DNA of 32,000 nucleotides, taken from positions 1 to 32,000 of the forward strand of contig NZ_CP007496.1 of assembly GCF_000803625.1 (NCBI RefSeq), read 5' to 3'. Position 1 is the stretch's first letter. The number at the start of each line of letters is the position of its first letter. The translations under genes and the position numbers were made by a program. This document shows positions 18,613 to 24,824 of the stretch, piece after piece. The notes under the pieces are model-generated. The model was not told the DNA's origin, searched no databases, and saw only the letters and a list, made by a program, of their open reading frames with translations. Origin of the DNA: Candidatus Nanosynbacter lyticus. GTDB taxonomy: Bacteria > Patescibacteriota > Saccharimonadia > Saccharimonadales > Saccharimonadaceae.

Positions 18613-18677
18613 ACATTGCAGTTTATATACTAACAGACTACCTACATCTTTTCAAGGAAAATATTTGCTTTTTTCGC

Positions 18678-18704
18678 TTGACTATTTTACAATTTCTGTA
18701 TAAG
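18678..18704 (+). promoter_or_regulatory. Candidate promoter of the pilin-like array
   Basis: TTGACT (18678-18683), 15 nt, TATAAG (18699-18704), 10 nt before ATG; spacer shorter than optimal. Confidence 0.4.
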
Positions 18705-18714
18705 AGAAATTTTT

Positions 18715-19086
18715 ATGACAAAAAGAAATATTATAATCAGTATATTTATAGCAACAGTAATCGCAGGAAGTGTTTTTATACCCAGAATAGCTTTGGCTGC
18801 CAACTGTGGTGGCGCGGAAACCTCTGTTATTTCTTGTGAAGGCGAAGGTAGCACGGCAATTATCAACATAATCAAGCAAGTTATCAAGATCTTAACTGCT
18901 GGTGTTGGTGTTGCTGCTTTTGGGGCTGTTGTATATGGTGCATTTTTATATACTACGTCTGAAGGAAGTCCAGATAAAGTAAAAAAAGCCCGAGAAGTTT
19001 GGATGAATACGGTTATTGGGTTGTTGATGTTTGCATTTATGGTGGCTATTACCAACTTTATCATTCCAGGGGGAGTTTTTAACTAA
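18715..19086 (+). CDS. VirB2/TrbC-pilin-like small membrane protein, paralogue 1
   Basis: 123 aa; signal-like N-terminus; TM segment, charged loop TSEGSPDKVKKAREV, TM: shared layout of the array. Confidence 0.75.
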   Translation: MTKRNIIISIFIATVIAGSVFIPRIALAANCGGAETSVISCEGEGSTAIINIIKQVIKILTAGVGVAAFGAVVYGAFLYTTSEGSPDKVKKAREVWMNTVIGLLMFAFMVAITNFIIPGGVFN

Positions 19087-19505
19087 TGAAAAATATTATA
19101 ATTGCAGCATCTTTAATTGTAGTTGGTGCTTTTGGTGCTAATATTGTTATATCTGAAACTTCTTCTGCGGCCTGCTCTGATGGTAAGATTATGACTTTAA
19201 AACCTTGGTATGATGGCCTGTTGGATGGTGATTGTAATGTTAAATCCCCTGGCGATAATACAGACTCACAAGCCAATTTTATTTGGAAGATTGTCCTAAA
19301 CATAATAGAAGATCTCTTGCAGGTTGTTGGTTATGCTACAACTGGGTATATTATGTATGGCGGCTTCCTTATAATGACCAGTAATGGCTCTTCTGATAAA
19401 GTAGCTCACGGACGAAAAACAATCATGAATGCAGCGATTGGGTTGGTTGTGGCTTTATCATCAGTGGCAGTTGTTAGTTTTATATCATCAAATATAGGAA
19501 TATAG
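19086..19505 (+). CDS. VirB2/TrbC-pilin-like protein, paralogue 2
   Basis: 139 aa; YIMYGGFLIMTSNGSSDKVAHGRKTIMNAAIGLVVALSSVAVVSF; 1-nt overlap with previous ORF. Confidence 0.75.
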   Translation: MKNIIIAASLIVVGAFGANIVISETSSAACSDGKIMTLKPWYDGLLDGDCNVKSPGDNTDSQANFIWKIVLNIIEDLLQVVGYATTGYIMYGGFLIMTSNGSSDKVAHGRKTIMNAAIGLVVALSSVAVVSFISSNIGI

Positions 19506-19506
19506 T

Positions 19507-19788
19507 ATGAAATATTTAGAATTTTTTGCTGGATTATTAGGTAGCGCTAGCGAAGTCGGAGTACCAGACAATCAAGTTGACATTATGGTTATTGTTAACT
19601 TCATATTCAAAATAGCTGGTATCGTAGCGGTTATTGTTATAGTTATTGCCGGCATAAACTATTCACTGTCTTCTGGTGACCCGGCAAAAACCGCTAGCGC
19701 AAAAAATACAATTTTATATGCCGTTATTGGCCTGGTGATTATCTCTAGTGCTATTGCTATAACAGGTTATATTATAGGAAAGGTTTAG
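19507..19788 (+). CDS. VirB2/TrbC-pilin-like protein, paralogue 3 (short form)
   Basis: 93 aa; INYSLSSGDPAKTASAKNTILYAVIGLVIISSAIAITGYII. Confidence 0.75.
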   Translation: MKYLEFFAGLLGSASEVGVPDNQVDIMVIVNFIFKIAGIVAVIVIVIAGINYSLSSGDPAKTASAKNTILYAVIGLVIISSAIAITGYIIGKV

Positions 19789-19789
19789 T

Positions 19790-20170
19790 ATGAGAAATAT
19801 TACAAAAATTTTGACCGTCTGCATGGTTATGATTGGAATGTTTAGCGCATTCGCTCCTGTAGTTTCTGCTGGTAACGGTATTGATATTTGTGCAGGTGAT
19901 GGCTCTGGGTCAGTTTACTGTAATAATAAATCTGATGGTGAAGGTAAAGTTAATGGTATCATAGGCAGTATAGTGCAAGTTTTATTAACGGCAGTTGGTG
20001 TAATTTCGGTCATTATGATTGTTATCGGTGGGATTATGTTCGCAACTTCTAGTGGTGATGCTCAGAAAACAGCAAAAGCCAGAAATACTATCTTATATGC
20101 TGTCATTGGTTTGGTTGTTTCAATATTTGCTGCAGCAATTGTTAACTTTGCGTTTAGTAATTTTAAGTAG
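19790..20170 (+). CDS. VirB2/TrbC-pilin-like protein, paralogue 4
   Basis: 126 aa; signal peptide; GGIMFATSSGDAQKTAKARNTILYAVIGLVVSIFAAAIVNFAFSNF. Confidence 0.8.
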   Translation: MRNITKILTVCMVMIGMFSAFAPVVSAGNGIDICAGDGSGSVYCNNKSDGEGKVNGIIGSIVQVLLTAVGVISVIMIVIGGIMFATSSGDAQKTAKARNTILYAVIGLVVSIFAAAIVNFAFSNFK

Positions 20171-20178
20171 GAGAAAAC

Positions 20179-20559
20179 ATGAAAAAAACAGTATTATCGA
20201 TAGCATTAATGATTTGTATGGTCTTTGGAGTGTCAGCCCTGCTGGCTACTTCCCCTTCTGGTAGTGTTTCTGCTCAAGTGTCAGATGGTATTGACATAGC
20301 TACTACTCCAGAAATGAAAGGCAAGCAAATTGAAGGTAAGGGTGGCTTAATACAAACTGTCGTTAATGTTTTATTGTGGGTTGTAGGTGCCTTATCTGTT
20401 ATTATGATTATTTTTAGCGGTATCCGTTATGTTACTTCAGCTGGTGACGCTGCAAAAACTAAAGCTGCACAGAATTCACTTATTTATGCAGTAGTTGGTC
20501 TGATCGTGGCTATTTTCGCCTGGGCTATCGTTAATATGGTCATCGATAAGTTTGTCTAA
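20179..20559 (+). CDS. VirB2/TrbC-pilin-like protein, paralogue 5
   Basis: 126 aa; signal peptide; SGIRYVTSAGDAAKTKAAQNSLIYAVVGLIVAIFAWAIVNMVIDKF. Confidence 0.8.
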   Translation: MKKTVLSIALMICMVFGVSALLATSPSGSVSAQVSDGIDIATTPEMKGKQIEGKGGLIQTVVNVLLWVVGALSVIMIIFSGIRYVTSAGDAAKTKAAQNSLIYAVVGLIVAIFAWAIVNMVIDKFV

Positions 20560-20572
20560 AAACATAATAGTT

Positions 20573-20600
20573 TTGCAAATAACAGAGAAAAATGTATAAT
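20573..20600 (+). promoter_or_regulatory. Candidate internal promoter for pilin paralogue 6
   Basis: TTGCAA (20573-20578), 16 nt, TATAAT (20595-20600), followed by AAGGAG before ATG at 20630. Confidence 0.6.
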
Positions 20601-20629
20601 AATAACATCATTAAAGAAGGAGAAATAAC

Positions 20630-21010
20630 ATGAATAAATTGAAAATGATTCTAGCTGGACTGCTAATTGTGCCGACAATCTCTTTGGCGGTAGCTCCAGC
20701 TGCAAATGCTGCTGATTTTACATTAAGGGGTGGAATTGACAGTGCACAAGGAGAGGGTGTAGATAAGGTTAATTCTAGTCCTGAGAGCCTAGTTAAGCAG
20801 TTTGTTAATATATTCCTATTTGCAGTCGGTGCCTTAAGCGTTATTATGCTTATTTGGGGTGGTATTCGTTACACTACTTCAGCTGGTGATAGCAATAAGG
20901 TTACTTCAGCTAAGAATACGGTTCTATACGCTATTGTTGGTCTAGTCGTCTCTATTTTGGCTTGGGCTATCGTTAATATGGTCATCGATAAATTTACTTC
21001 AGGATCATAA
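20630..21010 (+). CDS. VirB2/TrbC-pilin-like protein, paralogue 6
   Basis: 126 aa; signal peptide MILAGLLIVPTISLAVAPAANAA; GGIRYTTSAGDSNKVTSAKNTVLYAIVGLVVSILAWAIVNMVIDKF; strong Shine-Dalgarno. Confidence 0.82.
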   Translation: MNKLKMILAGLLIVPTISLAVAPAANAADFTLRGGIDSAQGEGVDKVNSSPESLVKQFVNIFLFAVGALSVIMLIWGGIRYTTSAGDSNKVTSAKNTVLYAIVGLVVSILAWAIVNMVIDKFTSGS

Positions 21011-21024
21011 TAAGTTTTGCAGTT

Positions 21025-21060
21025 AGAAAAAAGAACCTCGCTAATGAGGTTCTTTTTTCT
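21025..21060. terminator. Bidirectional-looking Rho-independent terminator at the end of the pilin array
   Basis: AGAAAAAAGAACCTC (21025-21039) / GAGGTTCTTTTTTCT (21046-21060), perfect 15-bp stem, 6-nt loop. Confidence 0.9.
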
Positions 21061-21065
21061 AATCA

Positions 21066-21096
21066 AAAAATACCGCCAACCTGTGGCGGTATTTTT
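21066..21096. terminator. Second Rho-independent terminator, likely serving hsp20 on the minus strand
   Basis: AAAAATACCGCC (21066-21077) / GGCGGTATTTTT (21085-21096) with A/T runs on both sides. Confidence 0.85.
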
Positions 21097-21108
21097 AGCT
21101 AAATAATT

Positions 21109-21600
21109 TTACAGGACCTGAATCTTCTTCGCCTTCTCTTGTTTTATCTTTTCAAAGGTAATTGTCAAAACGCCATCTTTCAACTCCGCCTTTACACCCT
21201 CTTCATTAACGGCTGTAGGCAATGCTAATGTGCGGCTAAATTCGCCCCAGTAACACTCCTGAATGTGCCATTGGCGTACGTCAGCTTCATCACCACTAGA
21301 TAACGTGCCGCTAATAGTTAAGATTCCGTCAGAGATACTTACGTCTAAGTCGTTGCGATCTACTCCAGCAGTACGAGCTTTAATGATTAAGTCGTTCTCT
21401 GTTTCAAAAACGTCAACAGCTAATTGACCCATTAGATCGTCAGCTTCATCCTCCCAGTTGTCTTCAGCTGGTGCTGCTGGAGCTGGACTGCTGTTGCTGT
21501 CATCGTTAAGATTAGGTAGTAGCTGATCTGTATCGTCAATAAACGCTGCAGCCAACTCATCTTCTGTTAGTAATATGTTATCATCTTGTTTTCGGGCCAT
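21109..21600 (-). CDS. Small heat shock protein, Hsp20/alpha-crystallin family
   Basis: ETENDLIIKARTAGVDRNDLDVSISDGILTISGTLSS...QECYWGEFSRTLALPTAVNEEGVKAELKDGVLTITFEK; start MARKQDD at 21600 preferred over track start 21612 because GGAGGA lies between them. Confidence 0.93.
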   Translation of the reverse strand: MARKQDDNILLTEDELAAAFIDDTDQLLPNLNDDSNSSPAPAAPAEDNWEDEADDLMGQLAVDVFETENDLIIKARTAGVDRNDLDVSISDGILTISGTLSSGDEADVRQWHIQECYWGEFSRTLALPTAVNEEGVKAELKDGVLTITFEKIKQEKAKKIQVL

Positions 21601-21704
21601 AATTTCCTCCACTTTTATAATAGGCTCATTGACAAAGTCCTTATTAGTATAACTATAATATGCGGTATAATCAACAGTGAAAGGTGTAAAACGTAAAAAT
21701 TACA

Positions 21705-22379
21705 ATGTTTGATGCACTATTATCTATTATTGCTCCGCACTACTGTTATAGATGTCATAAAATAGGTGGTATTTTATGTAAAGATTGTAAAAAATACATC
21801 ATAAGTCAGAAATACGATATTTGTGTATTGTGTGGTCAGTCCTTAAAAAATGGAAACTTGTGCAAAAAGCATAAAATCTCCTGTGATATGATCTGGTGTT
21901 TTACGAAAAGAACTGGCGTGGTGGCTAAGATAATTGATAATTATAAGTTTAACCGGGTACAAGCTGCTGCTGATCTGTTGAGTGAATTTTTGAATAATAT
22001 TCTGCCCCCTCTCCCGAAAGAGACGGTTATTGTGCCAATACCTACAATCTCCCAAAATATTCGTCACCGCGGATTTGGCCATATTGAAAAGATAGCTAAT
22101 AAGCTAGCTAGGAATAGAAAAATAGAGTGTAGACCCCTGCTTCGACGAAGAAATAATGTCACTCAGCACTTTACTAAGTCTTCGCGCCAGAGAAAACGTC
22201 AAGCAAAGGATTTCTTTGAGCTAAGTGGTTCGGTAGATAAAAATCGTCGATATATAATTATTGACGATATTTTTACGACTGGTTCAACCGTGTTGGCGGC
22301 AGCTGAATGCTTAAGAAAAAACGGCGCTGAGCATGTAGAGATTGCTGTCATTGCCAGGCATGGTCGTCCGAAATTATGA
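21705..22379 (+). CDS. ComF-family amidophosphoribosyltransferase-like protein
   Basis: 224 aa; N-terminal Cys cluster CYRCHK..GILCKDCKKY..CVLCG and PRPP-binding motif YIIIDDIFTTGSTVLAAAECL. Confidence 0.88.
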   Translation: MFDALLSIIAPHYCYRCHKIGGILCKDCKKYIISQKYDICVLCGQSLKNGNLCKKHKISCDMIWCFTKRTGVVAKIIDNYKFNRVQAAADLLSEFLNNILPPLPKETVIVPIPTISQNIRHRGFGHIEKIANKLARNRKIECRPLLRRRNNVTQHFTKSSRQRKRQAKDFFELSGSVDKNRRYIIIDDIFTTGSTVLAAAECLRKNGAEHVEIAVIARHGRPKL

Positions 22380-22826
22380 GTGGTGATACTGGCTGCCGCG
22401 ATAGATTTCTTGAGCACGATACAGTTGTTCAGCTAAGATTAGCCGGACTAGCTGATGTGGAAATACTAGATTTGATAGAGACCAGACAACGTTAGATTTT
22501 TGGCGTAAATCATCGTTAACCCCATAAGCCCCTCCAATAATAAAAACAACATGCTTATTTATATGACTGCTAATTAGATTTGATAATTCCGGTGATGATA
22601 AATTTTTACCGCGTTCATCAAGCAGGATAATAAAATCGTCTGAACTAAGACGTGTAAGTATACGCTCTGACTCTTCCTGACGTGCTCTGTCGCCTTCAAA
22701 ATTTGAATGTGGTATAATCACCATCTCAGTGGCAAATGGCGGCCTGAGGCGCTCTAAAAAACGAAAAATGCCTGGCTGAATCCAGGCTTCATGTTTCTTC
22801 CCGATTGTTATAACGGTTATTTTCAT
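22374..22826 (-). CDS. rlmH: 23S rRNA (pseudouridine1915-N3)-methyltransferase RlmH
   Basis: 150 aa; ILLDERGKNLSSPELS, FIIGGAYGVNDDLR, LSNLVFPHQLVRLILAEQLYRAQEIYRGSQYHH. Confidence 0.93.
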   Translation of the reverse strand: MKITVITIGKKHEAWIQPGIFRFLERLRPPFATEMVIIPHSNFEGDRARQEESERILTRLSSDDFIILLDERGKNLSSPELSNLISSHINKHVVFIIGGAYGVNDDLRQKSNVVWSLSNLVFPHQLVRLILAEQLYRAQEIYRGSQYHHS

Positions 22827-22835
22827 AAATATTTA

Positions 22836-22923
22836 TGGCGGAGAGAGAGGGATTCGAACCCTCGATGAGTTGCCCCATACCGCTTTTCGAGAGCGGCCAG
22901 TTCAACCACTCCTGCACCTCTCC
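22836..22923 (-). tRNA. tRNA-Ser(CGA), CCA encoded
   Basis: GGAGAGG...TCTCTCC acceptor; anticodon arm CCGCT-CTCGAAA-AGCGG; long variable arm; GGTTCGAATCC T loop. Confidence 0.93.
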
Positions 22924-22935
22924 ATAAAGCTTAAT

Positions 22936-23012
22936 TGGTACACCCGGCAAGATTCGAACTTACGACCTCTGGCTCCGCAAGCCAGCGCTCTATCCAGCTG
23001 AGCTACGGGTGC
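22936..23012 (-). tRNA. tRNA-Arg with anticodon GCG, CCA encoded
   Basis: GCACCCGTAGCTCAGCTGGATAGAGCG; anticodon arm CTGGC-TTGCGGA-GCCAG; AGTTCGAATCT; acceptor closes with a G1:U72 wobble. Confidence 0.92.
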
Positions 23013-23120
23013 ATACAGCCTTTCGGAAATCCGATTGGCCATAACAAAAATATAAAGAGCTTTCTCCGCCTGGAAGCGGTGAACTTCTGTATTCTACCAC
23101 ATAAAACATGGCCAATCAAG

Positions 23121-23639
23121 CTATAGTTTTATTAAGCGAATGAGCTTTTCTAGAGCGTCTGGTTTAATTTCTTGCATTGGTAGGCGTGCACCTAACATAT
23201 CGACTATCTTCTCACCTTCTGCTTCAGAAAAATAGATAGTTAGTCCTGGGGAAAAACGCTTAACTGGCAATAATATGATGGAGTGCTGGTTGTTTTCATT
23301 TGATAATCCAAATGCACGAAATTCACTGAAATCATGTAAAACGTCAGCAATATAAACACCCTTTGGGCTAATTGCATAATTAATAATCTGAGGATTTTTG
23401 TTTGATAGGGTAAATAAGGCCACTGCCATAATAGGTAGCAAGGCAGCAAAGGTCCAGTTCTTAAATACTAGAATAGCTAAAGCTATTAGCCCAACTAGGA
23501 TAATCGCAAATATTATGTACCAAATTTTTCCACGCTGAACTTGCACTCCTTCTGGGGCGTTCCAGGCAATTGGTTCAGTTAGATCAAGTCTATCTGATGA
23601 GGTTGGTTCGAATCCCTGTTGTTCTGGATTATCATTCAT
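23121..23639 (-). CDS. Conserved-looking two-TM membrane protein of unknown function
   Basis: 172 aa; cytoplasmic N-terminus, two adjacent TM segments IWYIIFAIILVGLIALAILVF / TFAALLPIMAVALFTLS, then PH-like soluble region. Confidence 0.65.
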   Translation of the reverse strand: MNDNPEQQGFEPTSSDRLDLTEPIAWNAPEGVQVQRGKIWYIIFAIILVGLIALAILVFKNWTFAALLPIMAVALFTLSNKNPQIINYAISPKGVYIADVLHDFSEFRAFGLSNENNQHSIILLPVKRFSPGLTIYFSEAEGEKIVDMLGARLPMQEIKPDALEKLIRLIKL

Positions 23640-23674
23640 GCTGTTAGTATATCACGGCAAGAATAAGTGAACAA

Positions 23675-24082
23675 TTAAACGTTAGTGGTTGAACCGCCGC
23701 TTAATGCTGCGCCAAGGATAAAGTTAATGATAGCATAAGCAAAAACTGCGACTAGCAGACCAACAATTGCATATAAAATGGTGTTTTTAGCGTTTGTGAC
23801 TGATTCTTTCTTGCCACCAGATATGACATAGCGAAAACCGCCAAAAATTAGCATAACAACACTTAATACGCCGACTGCAAATAGCATAATATTTATGGCA
23901 CGCTTTATGATTGATGAATCGCCATTAACTAGATTGGATGGAGTATTATCCCCCCGGGCTGCACCAATACCAGCCGAAGCACCACCTTCACCAAGAGCAG
24001 ATACCGGTGTGGCTGCTAGGGCTACTCCTAATCCAATCGTAAGTAATGCCGTGACAATCTTAGAAATATATCCTTGTATCAT
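23675..24082 (-). CDS. VirB2/TrbC-pilin-like protein, detached paralogue 7
   Basis: Start MIQGYISK at 24082 preferred (GAGGT upstream) over 24100. Contains GGFRYVISGGKKESVTNAKNTILYAIVGLLVAVFAYAIINF, the array motif. Confidence 0.8.
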   Translation of the reverse strand: MIQGYISKIVTALLTIGLGVALAATPVSALGEGGASAGIGAARGDNTPSNLVNGDSSIIKRAINIMLFAVGVLSVVMLIFGGFRYVISGGKKESVTNAKNTILYAIVGLLVAVFAYAIINFILGAALSGGSTTNV

Positions 24083-24154
24083 AATTACATTATACCTCAT
24101 TTATCATAAAGCTGTTAATTATTACACTTATATGATACACTAAATAGTGAATTT

Positions 24155-24250
24155 GGAGGAGTACCCAAGTGGCTGAAGGGGACGGTTTGCTAAATCGTTA
24201 GTACGGAGAGATCTGTAGCGGGAGTTCGAATCTCCCCTCCTCCGCCAAAT
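24155..24250 (+). tRNA. tRNA-Ser(GCT), CCA encoded
   Basis: GGAGGAG...CTCCTCCGCCA; anticodon arm ACGGT-TTGCTAA-ATCGT; long variable arm. Confidence 0.93.
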
Positions 24251-24260
24251 CAAACCTGGA

Positions 24261-24347
24261 AGGGTGACCGAGTGGTTGAAGGTACCGGTCTTGAAAACCG
24301 GCGTGCGGTAAAACGTACCGAGGGTTCGAATCCCTCCCCTTCCGCCA
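24261..24347 (+). tRNA. tRNA-Ser(TGA), CCA encoded
   Basis: GGAAGGG...CCCTTCCGCCA; anticodon arm CCGGT-CTTGAAA-ACCGG; long variable arm. Confidence 0.94.
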
Positions 24348-24362
24348 AGATTGCAAGATGAA

Positions 24363-24391
24363 ATGTTCGCCAAAACGAGGCGAATATTTTT
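24363..24391 (+). terminator. Rho-independent terminator after the Ser tRNAs
   Basis: ATGTTCGCC-AAAACGA-GGCGAATAT followed by TTTT. Confidence 0.65.
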
Positions 24392-24481
24392 ATGTAGTGA
24401 AATATACTTGACAAAAAACAAATCTTATGCTAGCATAATAACCAGTATTCTAAAAAATAGATACAAAAAAGAAAGAACAAA

Positions 24482-24823
24482 ATGAATTTAGTGCAACAGT
24501 TTTTTACTGCTACAGCTATGCTAGTGAGCTTAAACGTAGCGTTTAGTATATTTATTCATGATACTAACATTGATAAGGCATTTTTATCATCTTGGAAAAT
24601 GTATAGTGTTCATGGTGATGTTGAGAGTGACGGAAAAATGCCGGAAACTAATCCACACACCCATCCAGAACACTCAGATCTGTCTAATGTATTAAAGGAG
24701 AGCTCAGCGCGTCCACGGACCACGCCTCGTAACAACGATAAAAAGCGACTGCGTCAAAAATATGCTGCTCGCGGACAACATACTTTTGATGGATATCACC
24801 TTGATCTTGACGCTGTAAGCTAG
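24482..24823 (+). CDS. Small hypothetical protein, membrane/secreted N-terminus, basic C-terminus
   Basis: 113 aa; hydrophobic N-terminus QFFTATAMLVSLNVAFSIFI; TTGACA (24404 region) plus AT-rich -10 upstream; ends 1 bp before the valS stop. Confidence 0.5.
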   Translation: MNLVQQFFTATAMLVSLNVAFSIFIHDTNIDKAFLSSWKMYSVHGDVESDGKMPETNPHTHPEHSDLSNVLKESSARPRTTPRNNDKKRLRQKYAARGQHTFDGYHLDLDAVS

Positions 24824-24824
24824 A

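Noticed and set aside
18522-18839. 105-aa plus-strand ORF (MKISVARPTGFEPAISSVTGRRDR...)
   Set aside because: Its N-terminal part is an antisense translation of tRNA-Asp (ARPTGFEPAI is a typical tRNA T-arm artefact) and it overlaps the start of the first pilin-like gene in another frame.
18715-21010. Pilin array considered as a degenerate tandem repeat or CRISPR-like structure
   Set aside because: Units are complete ORFs with start codons and signal-like peptides; only local DNA identity (29 nt) is present and there are no short regular repeats with spacers.
22935-23126. 63-aa ORF MVHPARFELTTSGSASQRSIQLSYGC
   Set aside because: Antisense read-through of tRNA-Arg; same well-known artefact class.
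22836-24347. tRNA cluster considered as an integration hotspot of a mobile element
   Set aside because: No integrase/recombinase ORF and no direct repeat of a tRNA 3' end recognised in the window; intervening genes look like ordinary small membrane protein genes.
24140-24421. 93-aa minus ORF containing GGRGGIRTLGTFYRTPVFKTGTFNHSVTLP
   Set aside because: Antisense translation of the two tRNA-Ser genes, not a protein.
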